IMG/VR virus record: IMGVR_UViG_3300032324_000593
Coordinates: 1-45,662 of that record
Strand: one strand, 5' to 3'
Length of the DNA stretch: 45,662 bases
Source of the DNA: a virus
Lineage: Duplodnaviria; Caudoviricetes
Below the pieces are notes generated by a model that was given only the letters and a program-made list of their open reading frames with translations, did not search any database and had not been told where the DNA came from. The first letter of the stretch is position 1, and each line of letters begins with the position of its first letter. Positions 8,919 to 18,632 of this stretch are shown in pieces. Position numbers and translations under genes: made by a program.

Positions 8919-9494
8919 ATGGCAGTAAAAACTAAATCAGAAATGCAAAATATGACTAACGACCAGTTAGTCGCATACTTAAATGGTTTAAGTAAAAGCG
9001 ATTTCAATAGTTTTATTGATGCTGATACTAAAGTTCGTTATTTTATTTATCTGTATGGAGATGGAATAGCAAAAGCAATTAAAGGAACAAAATTGTATTT
9101 TTCTGGAATAACCGCTTTAAAAATTACTGAATCTGGTTATGGTAGAAATATTCCATTAAATTCTTTTAACTTTGGTGGTGTAAAATACAATCCAAATATT
9201 CATACCGATTTTGTACTTGCTGACACTTCTGAAATAGTTAAAGGGAAAAGAATATTTATAAAGGCAAAATTTGCAAAATTTAAAGATGCCGAAGATGGAA
9301 TTAGAAAAAATATAGCAGTTTTATTAGGAGATAGGTATAAAAATGCTCGTTTAAATGCAAGAAGTCCAGAAGAACAAATTAAACTAATTGCACAAGCTGG
9401 TTACACAACAACACCATCAACAAGTTATTTAAAATTAATGCAAGGAAACATTGATAGAGTAAGAAAAAAAACTGGATTTGGTAGAATAGAATAG
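8919..9494 (+). CDS. GH73 glucosaminidase/muramidase (FlgJ-like)
   Basis: ITESGYG, NFGGVK, FAKF, AGYTT motifs. Confidence 0.8.
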   Translation: MAVKTKSEMQNMTNDQLVAYLNGLSKSDFNSFIDADTKVRYFIYLYGDGIAKAIKGTKLYFSGITALKITESGYGRNIPLNSFNFGGVKYNPNIHTDFVLADTSEIVKGKRIFIKAKFAKFKDAEDGIRKNIAVLLGDRYKNARLNARSPEEQIKLIAQAGYTTTPSTSYLKLMQGNIDRVRKKTGFGRIE

Positions 9495-9496
9495 TT

Positions 9497-9652
9497 ATGA
9501 CAAAAACATTAAAATATACATTAGTAGGATTAGGTTTGGCTGGAGTGTCATACTTATCATTTTTAACATGGACAAGATTTTTAGAAGCTAAATGGGATGG
9601 TACAAATGTAACATTAACAGAAGCAGAAGATATAATTAAAAACGTAAAATAA
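9497..9652 (+). CDS. 51-aa N-anchored membrane microprotein (not in the ORF track)
   Basis: MTKTLKYTLVGLGLAGVSYLSFLTWTRFLEAKWDGTNVTLTEAEDIIKNVK. Confidence 0.65.
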   Translation: MTKTLKYTLVGLGLAGVSYLSFLTWTRFLEAKWDGTNVTLTEAEDIIKNVK

Positions 9653-9653
9653 A

Positions 9654-9821
9654 ATGAAAAATAAAAAATTACTATACGGATTATTAGGTATTGGAGTAAT
9701 AGCTGGTTTTTATTTTTACAATAAAAATAAAATGCCAAAAGATTTAGGAAAAAGAAAAAATTTATTAGCAATAGAACCAGAACCAAAAGGACAAATCATG
9801 TGTATAAAAGCACCATGTTAA
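9654..9821 (+). CDS. 55-aa N-anchored membrane microprotein ending CIKAPC (not in the ORF track)
   Basis: MKNKKLLYGLLGIGVIAGFYFYNKNK...QIMCIKAPC. Confidence 0.65.
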   Translation: MKNKKLLYGLLGIGVIAGFYFYNKNKMPKDLGKRKNLLAIEPEPKGQIMCIKAPC

Positions 9822-9848
9822 ATTAAAAACAATTTAAAAAAAAAACAA

Positions 9849-10109
9849 ATGACAACAAAAGATGTATTATTAGTATTAGGTGGAGTAGCAATAGGTTATT
9901 ACGCTTTTAAAATGAATTTCATGAAAAAAACTGCAATGGTAGTTGAAGAAGTGGTATCAGAGGTAAAAGATGCAGTTGTAGATACTGCAAAATTAACTAA
10001 ATGTGAAGCCGAATGGACTGAAAAAATTGGTTCAACTACAAGATTTTCTTCTCCAGAAGCAATGGAAAAATCGAAAAGCGATTATTTAAAAGATTGCTTA
10101 ACAAAATAA
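9849..10109 (+). CDS. N-anchored membrane protein with a Cys pair
   Basis: VLLVLGGVAIGYYAF TM; KCEAEW...KDCL. Confidence 0.7.
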   Translation: MTTKDVLLVLGGVAIGYYAFKMNFMKKTAMVVEEVVSEVKDAVVDTAKLTKCEAEWTEKIGSTTRFSSPEAMEKSKSDYLKDCLTK

Positions 10110-10115
10110 AATACC

Positions 10116-10760
10116 ATGAATTTAGACCAAGTAACTTACGGAAATCCAACAATTGAACAAAAGAAATATCTTGAAGAAATTTCTATTGTAGATAATTTAT
10201 TTCCAAAACTAAAAGAGAATAGTTTTCCACTAACAAGTTCAGAATTAGTCAAAGACGAATTAAATGAAATTGTTGATTATTTAAAAGATATTTCAAGTGA
10301 AGGTAACGAATCTTATTTAGCAAGGTATAAGTCATACGATAGAAGTTTACTTCAAGTTATTATAACAACGTTTCAAGAAAAAGAAATTGATGTAGAAGAT
10401 TTATGCACTAATATTATTAAAGATGTTAGACCACTTCTTATTAAATTAAAATATCATTTTCAAAGACCAAGACCAAAACAAGTTGCACAATACTATAAAC
10501 TTAAATTATTTCCATATACAAGTTTTTCAGCAGATACACCATCATACCCATCTGGACACACTTTAGAAGCGTATGTTATGTTAAATGTTATTGCAGACAA
10601 ATATCCAAATGAATATCAATTTTGTAAAGAAATGATTAACGATATTGCTTATTCAAGAATTTATTTAGGTTTACATTTTGCTACTGACAATGATTTTGCT
10701 AAATTTGTAGGGCAAGAGATAGTAAAGAATCCAAATTTTACAAAGAAATATGAAATATAA
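10116..10760 (+). CDS. PAP2/vanadium haloperoxidase-superfamily phosphatase
   Basis: All three motifs: KYHFQRPRP, PSYPSGH, SRIYLGLHFATD. Confidence 0.85.
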   Translation: MNLDQVTYGNPTIEQKKYLEEISIVDNLFPKLKENSFPLTSSELVKDELNEIVDYLKDISSEGNESYLARYKSYDRSLLQVIITTFQEKEIDVEDLCTNIIKDVRPLLIKLKYHFQRPRPKQVAQYYKLKLFPYTSFSADTPSYPSGHTLEAYVMLNVIADKYPNEYQFCKEMINDIAYSRIYLGLHFATDNDFAKFVGQEIVKNPNFTKKYEI

Positions 10761-10770
10761 CTAAAAAAAA

Positions 10771-11214
10771 ATGAACCAAGAAACTAACAACATAACTAAA
10801 GTCTTATCTGAATTAAACAAAACAATTCATGTGATAGGTGCTGACAAACTTATTGAAATACTAAAAATTTCAAGAGAAAACGATACTGATTTAGATGATG
10901 ATACAATTATCAAATCCAGAATGATAATTCAAATTGTATGTGATGAATTTAAAATAAAATATGATGATTTCTTTTCTCGAATGAGAAAAAACAATCGTAG
11001 ATATGCAATTGGAATTACTACTACACTACTAAAAGATATTCTAAAACTTGATGTTGCAGACATTTCTTTTTTGCTAAAAAAACCAAACAATTTAATTTCA
11101 ATTTATTCTAATGAAGTTATGGAGTTAAATCCAAAACACAAATCTGATATTGTAATTATAGAAAAAATTGAAAACATAAACACCAAACTTAAAAACATAA
11201 ATTATGGAAATTAA
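10771..11214 (+). CDS. helical protein resembling the DnaA C-terminal (domain IV) HTH
   Basis: IIQIVCDEFKIKYDDFFSRMRK...RYAI...DISFLLKK pattern. Confidence 0.45.
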   Translation: MNQETNNITKVLSELNKTIHVIGADKLIEILKISRENDTDLDDDTIIKSRMIIQIVCDEFKIKYDDFFSRMRKNNRRYAIGITTTLLKDILKLDVADISFLLKKPNNLISIYSNEVMELNPKHKSDIVIIEKIENINTKLKNINYGN

Positions 11215-12232
11215 TCAAGAACCAGAAACAACTATTGAAGCACAAATTGTAGATACCGATTTTAGTCCTTTAGATGCACCAGTAAAGAAAAGAGCATATA
11301 CTAACCATGTTTTAGCAAGTGATGATGCAGTTTTAGAAGATTTAGCAGAACCTACTTTTCAAACACCATCTTTTTCAGATTTTGACCCAGAGCAAGAAAA
11401 AGGAAGTAAAGAACCAGATAGACCATTTAACGAAAGTTATTCTGAATTAGATAACAAAGATAAAACAATGGGTGCAGAAATGATGGCAGATATGACATTA
11501 GATTTGTACGAGAAAGGTTGTGGTTTTTTAGGAAAGTTACCAGAAATTAACGAAAGAAAATTAGACACTTTAATTGCAGAAGGAGAAATTGACCCAAACA
11601 TTGAAATACCAACGGAATCTGGAAACTTATTAGTTAAAGAATTTGCACAAGAATATAATTCAAGTATTAAAGATGCTTTTGAAGTTTCAGATGAATTTAA
11701 AGATAAAGTAAGACCTCCATTAATTAGAGTACTTAAAAAACGTGGAATCGGTATGACCGATGAACAAACATTATTGTATCTTTTCGGAACAGATATAGCA
11801 ACAAAAGGCACACAAGCATTTATGTTAAGAAAAACTGCTAATAGTATTGTAGATTCATTAAAAGAAAACACACAAGTATTGCGTGAAACACTAATACCAA
11901 GACCAGCACAAGCACCAGTACAAAAAGAAGCTGAACCTATAAAATATTATGAAGAATCGGAAGAAGAAAAAGTTGTAGTACGACGTAGAAAACCAAAAAC
12001 AAATTTAGAAGAACAAATTGAATTTTTTGAACCAGAAGAAGCTGGAAGCGTTTTTAACAATTTAAAAGATTCTGGTGGATTCTCACAAGAGTATAATGAA
12101 GCAGATAATATGCCTAAATTTGGAGATAGAGAAATTTTATCTCAATTGGAAAAATTAAGTGAAGAACCAACTAAACCAGTAAGAAAATCAAATACTGGAG
12201 CAAAAAGAGGTCGTAAACCTAAAGCTAAATAA
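11204..12232 (+). CDS. acidic 342-aa hypothetical protein upstream of the packaging ATPase
   Basis: Long ORF with normal codon usage; basic tail KRGRKPK. Confidence 0.7.
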   Translation: MEINQEPETTIEAQIVDTDFSPLDAPVKKRAYTNHVLASDDAVLEDLAEPTFQTPSFSDFDPEQEKGSKEPDRPFNESYSELDNKDKTMGAEMMADMTLDLYEKGCGFLGKLPEINERKLDTLIAEGEIDPNIEIPTESGNLLVKEFAQEYNSSIKDAFEVSDEFKDKVRPPLIRVLKKRGIGMTDEQTLLYLFGTDIATKGTQAFMLRKTANSIVDSLKENTQVLRETLIPRPAQAPVQKEAEPIKYYEESEEEKVVVRRRKPKTNLEEQIEFFEPEEAGSVFNNLKDSGGFSQEYNEADNMPKFGDREILSQLEKLSEEPTKPVRKSNTGAKRGRKPKAK

Positions 12233-12234
12233 AA

Positions 12235-12354
12235 ATGAAAAAATATAATACAAATCCAGACGAGGATAAAAAAATATTTCTTTTGTATATAATTAGTATG
12301 TTGGTTTATATAATTTGTGTTTTATTATTTGTAAGTGATTTTTTTAAAAAATAA
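12235..12354 (+). CDS. 39-aa TM microprotein directly before the ATPase (not in the ORF track)
   Basis: MKKYNTNPDEDKKIFLLYIISMLVYIICVLLFVSDFFKK. Confidence 0.55.
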   Translation: MKKYNTNPDEDKKIFLLYIISMLVYIICVLLFVSDFFKK

Positions 12355-12356
12355 CT

Positions 12357-13178
12357 ATGGAAGAAAGAGAACCAAAATTAGGAGTTGCAGTTGGAAGAAA
12401 AGGTTGTGGTAAAACATATACTACCAGAAAAATGATGCAACAATATGTTGTGGGAAATCCCTTAAAAGGAATTGCTCCCAGAAGGGTATTAATTTTAGAT
12501 GTAAACGATGAATTTGATGATATTAGAGCATTAAGTATAAATGATATTATGCGTTTTTCAGTTCATCCAAAAATAGAAATGAGAAGAATTAGACCTTTTC
12601 ATGATAGCGGAAAGCGTATGACAATTAATGATATACAAGAAACGCTTTTTAAGATTTTAAATGATTTTAGAGGAGGATTATTACTTATAGAAGATGTTAA
12701 TAGATATATTTCAGATTATTTACCGAATGACCTTGTGGGTGCTATATGTACTAACAGACATACCGATACCGACATTATCTTACACTTTCAATCGGTTGGT
12801 AGAGTTTCTCCGAAAATCTGGCAAAACTTAAACTGGATTAGATTCCACAAAAATACGGATAGTGTCGATAAGCACAGAACAAAATTTGACGACAAATATG
12901 AAATGCTTAAATTGGTTGAGAATTACGTTAATAGTGAATATCATACTTACAACAATCAAAGGTATTTTGCTTACGTAGATATTGATGATGAAAAAATTAA
13001 AGGTGTAGATAGAAAGAAATTTGAAAATGTTGTAGATTTGTACATATCGGAAAATTATAAAAAAATGATTTCTCCAATGTTACAGACAAGAGATATTGGA
13101 AAAGGAACAAAAGTTTATACACCAGAATCAGCAGTAAAAGAACAAAAGAAAAGAATTTTAAGCTACTATTTAGATTAA
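12357..13178 (+). CDS. FtsK/HerA-superfamily genome-packaging ATPase (A32/P9-like)
   Basis: Walker A GRKGCGKT at the N-terminus, VLILD strand, Walker B LLLIED, Arg-finger NRH followed by IILHFQ; 273 aa with no nuclease domain. Confidence 0.75.
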   Translation: MEEREPKLGVAVGRKGCGKTYTTRKMMQQYVVGNPLKGIAPRRVLILDVNDEFDDIRALSINDIMRFSVHPKIEMRRIRPFHDSGKRMTINDIQETLFKILNDFRGGLLLIEDVNRYISDYLPNDLVGAICTNRHTDTDIILHFQSVGRVSPKIWQNLNWIRFHKNTDSVDKHRTKFDDKYEMLKLVENYVNSEYHTYNNQRYFAYVDIDDEKIKGVDRKKFENVVDLYISENYKKMISPMLQTRDIGKGTKVYTPESAVKEQKKRILSYYLD

Positions 13179-13339
13179 TGGAAGAAATAGAAGTAATAAA
13201 ATTTTGCCGAGAAACTAATAATGTATTAAAAAGAAAAATTATGACAATTTCAGATTGGCATAAAATAAGCAAGTTAAATTTTGCAAATTTTTATTATAAA
13301 GCATATCAGTTAGGATTTTATCAATTTTTTAATATTTAA
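13178..13339 (+). CDS. 53-aa hypothetical protein (not in the ORF track)
   Basis: MEEIEVIKFCRETNNVLKRKIMTISDWHK...; TAATG overlap with the ATPase stop. Confidence 0.5.
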   Translation: MEEIEVIKFCRETNNVLKRKIMTISDWHKISKLNFANFYYKAYQLGFYQFFNI

Positions 13340-13348
13340 ATTTTTATT

Positions 13349-13591
13349 ATGAAAAAAGAAAGAGGATTTATAGCAAAATTTTTTTGCGAAGGAAACGAGC
13401 CAAGTTCAAAAAGGTTTGTAGGTATTTTAGGGTCATTGACTTTATTTAGTACATTGTTATTTAATTCATTCACTAATAATGCTAATTTACCAAGTGAAGC
13501 GTTAATTAATGCAGTTGCGTTTTTGTCATTTGGAGCATTAGGAATTACTGGAGCAGAAAAAATATTTTCTAAAAAGGACAAAAAAGAATAG
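13349..13591 (+). CDS. holin-like two-TM protein
   Basis: SSKRFVG motif, two TM helices, charged tail, upstream of the endolysin. Confidence 0.6.
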   Translation: MKKERGFIAKFFCEGNEPSSKRFVGILGSLTLFSTLLFNSFTNNANLPSEALINAVAFLSFGALGITGAEKIFSKKDKKE

Positions 13592-13594
13592 ATT

Positions 13595-13924
13595 ATGTTT
13601 AGTATTGGAGGATTAACAATGATTGTAGGAGTTTTTTTTGCAATTATTTGCATTATGATTTTTATTTGGTATATAAATACAAGAATAGTAGCGAAAAATC
13701 AACAAGAGTGGCTAACAAGATTTACTGCAATATTGTTAAGTGCTTTATTGGGTTTATTTATAGTAGATAAGGTAATTGCTTTTCAAATACCATTACTAAC
13801 ACCACAGATGAGTGATGAATTATTTAATTTAATAAAAAATATAGTTTTAATCATTTTCGGTTATCAATTTAACCGAACAAAACAAACAGAAATCAAACAA
13901 AACGATAAAAATAAAACAAACTAA
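13595..13924 (+). CDS. three-TM membrane protein (holin/antiholin candidate)
   Basis: Three hydrophobic segments ending IIFGYQF; inside the lysis cassette. Confidence 0.55.
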   Translation: MFSIGGLTMIVGVFFAIICIMIFIWYINTRIVAKNQQEWLTRFTAILLSALLGLFIVDKVIAFQIPLLTPQMSDELFNLIKNIVLIIFGYQFNRTKQTEIKQNDKNKTN

Positions 13925-13926
13925 TT

Positions 13927-14394
13927 ATGCAAATTACACAACATTTAAGTTTAGCAGAAGTTACAAGAAGTGAAACTGCAAAAAGAAAAGGTATAAGCAA
14001 TATGCCTACACCAGAACATTTAGAAAATTTCAAAAATTTAGGAATTAATATTTTTGAACCAATTAGAAGATATTTTGATAAACCAATACATATTAGTAGT
14101 GGTTACAGAAGTAAAGCATTAAATACTGCAATAGGTGGTAGTTTAACATCACAACATTGCTCTGGAGAAGCAATTGATATTGACATGGATGGTAATTCAA
14201 ATGCAATTACAAATAAACACGTTTTTGATTACATTAAGCAACATTTAAATTTTGACCAATTAATTTGGGAATTTGGAACAAAAGATAATCCAGATTGGGT
14301 ACACGTTTCTTATAAAACAAATGGAAACCAGCGTAAGCAAGTTTTAAGAGCAGTTAAGCAAGGTGGTAAAACATCATACATACCTTATGTATAA
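13927..14394 (+). CDS. peptidase M15 family endolysin
   Basis: ISSGYRS..LN..IGGS.TSQH..GEAIDI and WVHVSY (Zn ligands H, D, H). Confidence 0.9.
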   Translation: MQITQHLSLAEVTRSETAKRKGISNMPTPEHLENFKNLGINIFEPIRRYFDKPIHISSGYRSKALNTAIGGSLTSQHCSGEAIDIDMDGNSNAITNKHVFDYIKQHLNFDQLIWEFGTKDNPDWVHVSYKTNGNQRKQVLRAVKQGGKTSYIPYV

Positions 14395-14743
14395 TTATTT
14401 AAAAGAGAAATTTCCAACACTATTGATACTATTTGTATCAATAGTATTGTTTTTTGTTTTATTGAATTTTATTTTTACTTTTCTAAATAATAGTAAAGTA
14501 GATTACATTAAAACACAGATGATTGAAGTTCAAAAAGAAATTAATGAAATTCAAATTGACAATAAATCTTTAGATAAAAAATTTGAAAACTTAAATCTTC
14601 AAATTAAAGATATAGATAAAAATATTGAAAAAAATAATCAATCAATAAAAAACTTAAATCAAGATGAAAAAATTACAATTGATTCTTTTAGGAATTATAC
14701 TAATAACGAGTGGGAAAAGTATTTCACAGAACGATACAACTAA
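14387..14743 (+). CDS. i-spanin-like protein (N-terminal TM plus coiled coil)
   Basis: Follows the endolysin; TM then heptad coiled coil; probable start ATG 14387. Confidence 0.55.
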   Translation: MYNYLKEKFPTLLILFVSIVLFFVLLNFIFTFLNNSKVDYIKTQMIEVQKEINEIQIDNKSLDKKFENLNLQIKDIDKNIEKNNQSIKNLNQDEKITIDSFRNYTNNEWEKYFTERYN

Positions 14744-15074
14744 AGTCGTAATTACAACTACTATTGCTAAAAAAATTGCTACTGATTTAGTTGCTGGAGA
14801 TTTCTGTAAAAAAAAGGTTGATTTTTTACAATTAAACATTAAAGAATTAGAAAAAAAAGTAATTGTAAAAGATAGCATGATTTTTAATCGTGAAAGTAAA
14901 ATAACAAACTTAAATTCTATAATTTTTAAGAAAGATGAAATGTTTTTAATGCAAGAAGAAATTTCTAAAACTTATTTAAAAGATTTACGCAAATCCAAAC
15001 GCACTACATTATTATATAAAATATTTGCAATAATAGGAGCAACAACAACTGGATATTACATATTAAGTAAATAA
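14664..15074 (+). CDS. spanin partner-like protein (signal peptide, coiled coil, C-terminal hydrophobic segment)
   Basis: Overlaps the 3' end of the previous gene in another frame; no lipobox Cys visible. Confidence 0.5.
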   Translation: MKKLQLILLGIILITSGKSISQNDTTKVVITTTIAKKIATDLVAGDFCKKKVDFLQLNIKELEKKVIVKDSMIFNRESKITNLNSIIFKKDEMFLMQEEISKTYLKDLRKSKRTTLLYKIFAIIGATTTGYYILSK

Positions 15075-15093
15075 AAATTTAGCAATTAAAATC

Positions 15094-15119
15094 AAGCCAC
15101 TTTTATAGTGGCTTTTTTA
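15094..15119 (+). terminator. intrinsic terminator after the lysis cassette
   Basis: aagccact-tttat-agtggctt followed by a T tract. Confidence 0.75.
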
Positions 15120-15200
15120 TTTTCATAAATGAAACAAAAGTCGTAATAAGTTGTTTCTAATATTTGTAAAAAAAATAGTTTTTATAATATTTTTTCTTTA

Positions 15201-15208
15201 TACTTTTG
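15201..15208 (+). promoter_or_regulatory. -7 promoter box (TACTTTTG) for the capsid operon
   Basis: TAnnTTTG match in the long intergenic region upstream of 15293/15465. Confidence 0.5.
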
Positions 15209-15292
15209 AAAATGTAAAAATGATATTGTATCTGTATATAAATATTATTTAAACAAAAATTAAATTAAACAAATAAAGTAAATCATTCTGAA

Positions 15293-15430
15293 ATGGTCAA
15301 AAAAGAATTAGTAACAATTTTAAAAACGTTCCTTATTGTAACTGGAGCAGTTTTAGTGGCAAATGCAATCGAAAGAAAGTATTTAAAATCTAAAGTAGCC
15401 ATCCCAATGGATGCTACACCAATCGAGTAA
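15293..15430 (+). CDS. 45-aa TM microprotein directly upstream of the capsid candidate (not in the ORF track)
   Basis: MVKKELVTILKTFLIVTGAVLVANAIERKYLKSKVAIPMDATPIE. Confidence 0.65.
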   Translation: MVKKELVTILKTFLIVTGAVLVANAIERKYLKSKVAIPMDATPIE

Positions 15431-15464
15431 AAAAAAATTTATTAAAATATAAAAATTAAACAAA

Positions 15465-16163
15465 ATGTCAAACGTAAGAAAATATTTAGCTTCGGCTCAA
15501 AGAAATGCAATGGAATCTTTTGCTAATGCAGATGGATTTATTGATGAAGATTTATCATTCACTGGAGATGATTTCTTTAACGCTGGTGGAAACATGGGCG
15601 GTGGAAATGTACAAACTTCACAACCTTATATTGTAAACGTTACTTCAACTTCTGGTTCAGCAGTTAATAACTTTGAAATATTAGGTTCTTACCAATATAT
15701 TAACAATGCTGGTTTTACTTCTGGTGGAGATTTAGTAATTGGTTCAATCACAATTAGTTCTGGTATTTCAGATGTAGATTATCGTGAAATGTTATACCAA
15801 TTTATGAATAATCCTTATTCAGTTGGTTTAACTTACATTCAATCAGCTACTGCTAACCAAGTATTAGAAACTTTAAGTGTAAACACAAGAGATGCTAATG
15901 GTAATTTAGCACAAAAAACTTTAGTACCAACTATTGACCCTTATCAGCAACAAACGACTATCATCGCTATGAAGTATGCTTATAGAATTGATGGTTTCAC
16001 TAAAATTATCATTCGTCAAGTATTGGCAAATGCTACTTTGAAACTATACTTCTACCCAGCAGACAACATAAACCTTGCTCGTGCATTAGGTGGTCAAGCA
16101 GTAAGCAGACAATTCGGAACTCCGCCAGTTACTAATGGTCAAACTATTAGAATTAAAGCGTAA
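15465..16163 (+). CDS. putative major capsid protein (beta-rich, possibly single jelly-roll)
   Basis: Alternating beta-strand pattern, no TM, many TTC/AAC/ATC/CGT codons suggesting high expression, own terminator, heads the membrane-protein cluster, has a paralogue at 37402. Confidence 0.6.
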   Translation: MSNVRKYLASAQRNAMESFANADGFIDEDLSFTGDDFFNAGGNMGGGNVQTSQPYIVNVTSTSGSAVNNFEILGSYQYINNAGFTSGGDLVIGSITISSGISDVDYREMLYQFMNNPYSVGLTYIQSATANQVLETLSVNTRDANGNLAQKTLVPTIDPYQQQTTIIAMKYAYRIDGFTKIIIRQVLANATLKLYFYPADNINLARALGGQAVSRQFGTPPVTNGQTIRIKA

Positions 16164-16204
16164 TTTATCCTTTAGTGAGATAAAATCGAATTAATGTATA
16201 ATTG

Positions 16205-16244
16205 AAAAGGGCAAGAATGATTCATTTCAACTTGCCCTTTTTTT
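16205..16244 (+). terminator. intrinsic terminator after the capsid candidate
   Basis: aaaagggcaag...cttgccctttt followed by a T run. Confidence 0.8.
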
Positions 16245-16258
16245 ATAAAAATTAAATT

Positions 16259-16645
16259 ATGTCAGTATATCAATATGTTGCAGAAAGCAATCCTATGGAA
16301 GCTGAAAGAATTATAGATTCTTTTGGCTATACTATTGCAAAAACACCAGATATGGGATTATCTCAATTGGTTGCAAATGTAGGAGAACCAGCTTTAAAAA
16401 AAGTCATGGAAAACCATCCAGACAAGGAAATTATATTAGAAATGTTTGGCAATGAATCAAATGATAATAAACCATGTGGTTGTAAGTCTTGTACTTCAAA
16501 ATATGAAAATTATTTAAACGCTACTGGAGATACTACAAATAATACACCAACAAAATCACAAGATGTTATAGCAAATCAAACAAATGTAATTTTATTAGTG
16601 AGTGCTTTGTTTATTTCAGTTGCATTAATTTATAAAAATAACTAA
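16259..16645 (+). CDS. virion membrane protein candidate with CGCKSC and C-terminal TM
   Basis: HPDKE motif, Cys cluster, YLNATG motif, TM tail. Confidence 0.7.
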   Translation: MSVYQYVAESNPMEAERIIDSFGYTIAKTPDMGLSQLVANVGEPALKKVMENHPDKEIILEMFGNESNDNKPCGCKSCTSKYENYLNATGDTTNNTPTKSQDVIANQTNVILLVSALFISVALIYKNN

Positions 16646-16646
16646 T

Positions 16647-17303
16647 ATGAGATTAGCAAATCCAAATTTAGGTGCAACATCAGTTATGTATGTTGTAATG
16701 AAAAAAAGAGCAAAACTTCTTGCTTTATTAACAAAAAATGGAGTAAAATATCCAGCAAATGCTACCGATATGCAACTTGCATTAATTGTAACTAATTTAT
16801 TAAAATCATCAAAATCATTTAAAAAAGATTTTGAACAATTACTTGCGGAAGAAGATACAATTGTAAGTATATTTAGTGGAATGGATGGATTTTATTCTAA
16901 TTTTACGTTTAATACACAACAATTTGACCCAAACGCATTTTCTACACCATCTTCAACTTTTACACCACCAAAAGCCAAACCATATAATTTAACTTTTCCA
17001 AAAAGTACAGATACAAAACCAAAAGAAAAAAGTAAATTTAATTTTGGTTCAGCATTAGAATTATTACAAACTGGTTTTGCTGGTTATTTAGCTTTAGATG
17101 AAAATAAAACTAAAAAAGCATTAGCGGATGCAAGTGTACAAATTAAACAAACTGATAAAGAATTAGCAGAATTGGGAGTTTTACCATCTGGTAATATACC
17201 TAAAAAAGAAGGTTTATCTACTGGAGCAATTATAGGAATTAGTTTAGCTGGTATTTTAGTATTAGGTGGAGTAATTTATTTTGCAACCAAAAAAACCGCA
17301 TAA
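16647..17303 (+). CDS. C-anchored membrane protein (paralogue of 17305)
   Basis: LLTKNGV...SKSFKKDF shared with the next gene; TM GAIIGISLAGILVLGGVIYF. Confidence 0.75.
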   Translation: MRLANPNLGATSVMYVVMKKRAKLLALLTKNGVKYPANATDMQLALIVTNLLKSSKSFKKDFEQLLAEEDTIVSIFSGMDGFYSNFTFNTQQFDPNAFSTPSSTFTPPKAKPYNLTFPKSTDTKPKEKSKFNFGSALELLQTGFAGYLALDENKTKKALADASVQIKQTDKELAELGVLPSGNIPKKEGLSTGAIIGISLAGILVLGGVIYFATKKTA

Positions 17304-17304
17304 T

Positions 17305-17862
17305 ATGAACGAGCAAAAAATAAGTACTTTAGTAGGTGGAATGGTTGGTTTATTTCCAACTGAAATCACAGAATTATTAACTAAAAATAATGTAGTAGTT
17401 GATACAATTAACTTAAACATTGATAATTTAGTTACTGCAACTTTTTATGCTTTAGACACATCAGTTTCATTTAGAAAAGATTTTATAAATCTTTACAAAA
17501 ACAATGAAGAATTAATAAATTCAAAAATTGAAAGTGAATATGCTAATAAAGATGGTGCTGGTAGTGGTACTGATTATAGTGGAATAGCATCAAGTTTAAT
17601 TGGTGGTATTGGTGGATTTTTTGGAAGTAAAAACAATTTAAAGTCAGCACAAGCACAAGCAGATGCAATGGTCAGAGGTGGAGAATTATCTTTAGAAGCA
17701 CAAAAATTAGCATTAGAAGGTAAAAAAATTGATGCCCAAACTGCCCTTGCTTTAGCAAGTGCAAAACCACAAGGAAATACAATGTTATATGTAGCATTAG
17801 GAATTGGTGGTGTATTAGTTTTAGGAGTTATAATTTTTGCAGTAACCAGAAAAAGAGCATAA
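17305..17862 (+). CDS. C-anchored membrane protein with a Gly-rich helix
   Basis: LLTKNNV...SVSFRKDF; YANKDG; TM tail; probable start ATG 17305. Confidence 0.75.
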   Translation: MNEQKISTLVGGMVGLFPTEITELLTKNNVVVDTINLNIDNLVTATFYALDTSVSFRKDFINLYKNNEELINSKIESEYANKDGAGSGTDYSGIASSLIGGIGGFFGSKNNLKSAQAQADAMVRGGELSLEAQKLALEGKKIDAQTALALASAKPQGNTMLYVALGIGGVLVLGVIIFAVTRKRA

Positions 17863-17863
17863 C

Positions 17864-18088
17864 ATGGATGATGAAAAAGATTACTTAAAAGAAGTAAAAG
17901 ATATTGTTAGTAAAGATAAAAGAGAAATTCTTTTGCTTACTACAAAAGCATCTGTTAATGGTGCAGTAACTGGTTTAGTAATTGGTATGATGTTTGGTTT
18001 TTACAAGCAAAAAAGTATTTATGTTTCTGGATTAGTTGGTGGAATAATTGGCGGTGTTGCAACTGCTTTAATTGTAAATAAAAAATAA
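17864..18088 (+). CDS. glycine-zipper two-TM protein
   Basis: GAVTGLVIGMMFG and GLVGGIIGGVA. Confidence 0.7.
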   Translation: MDDEKDYLKEVKDIVSKDKREILLLTTKASVNGAVTGLVIGMMFGFYKQKSIYVSGLVGGIIGGVATALIVNKK

Positions 18089-18092
18089 AATC

Positions 18093-18506
18093 ATGGGAAT
18101 ACGTTTAAGAAATATAACAAGACAAATAAGTCTTAAAAATATTAATCCAGTAGCAAGAGTAGTTAGCGTAGTGCCTACAACTATTAAAAAAGTAATTGAT
18201 ACAAAAACAATAGGTATCAAAGATTATATTGCACTTTCTCCAATAGGATTAGCTCAAGGTTTAACAAATACTGGAACATCAATAATTAAAGAGGTTGTTA
18301 CGGATAAACCAATTGAGCCAGAAGCAATCGTTCAAACTAATGTAGATACACAAACTGCACCAGCTACAACTACACCAGCTACAACTACACCAGCAGTTGC
18401 AGTTGCACCACCAGTTAAAAAGAAACCAAATACTTTAATGTATGCTGGAATTGGAGTGGGGGTTTTAGTATTAGGATATTTTGGATATAGAATGTTTAAA
18501 AAATAA
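18093..18506 (+). CDS. C-anchored membrane protein with Thr/Pro/Ala linker
   Basis: PATTT repeats; TM YAGIGVGVLVLGYFGY. Confidence 0.7.
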   Translation: MGIRLRNITRQISLKNINPVARVVSVVPTTIKKVIDTKTIGIKDYIALSPIGLAQGLTNTGTSIIKEVVTDKPIEPEAIVQTNVDTQTAPATTTPATTTPAVAVAPPVKKKPNTLMYAGIGVGVLVLGYFGYRMFKK

Positions 18507-18518
18507 AAAATATAAATT

Positions 18519-18632
18519 ATGAAAAAGACAAATATAGTAATGGGATTAGTAGGAGTAGTACTTTCTTTAGGAATGGTATATGCTTATGCTTTCATCGTAG
18601 GAAAAGGGTGGAAAAAATCACAAGAGAAATAA
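18519..18632 (+). CDS. 37-aa TM microprotein (paralogue of 19204; not in the ORF track)
   Basis: MKKTNIVMGLVGVVLSLGMVYAYAFIVGKGWKKSQEK. Confidence 0.7.
   Translation: MKKTNIVMGLVGVVLSLGMVYAYAFIVGKGWKKSQEK

Noticed and set aside
12357-13178. Terminase large subunit or conjugative VirB4/coupling ATPase
   Set aside because: Too short, no nuclease domain or TM, and no portal or T4SS genes nearby; the motif layout fits A32/P9-type ATPases better.
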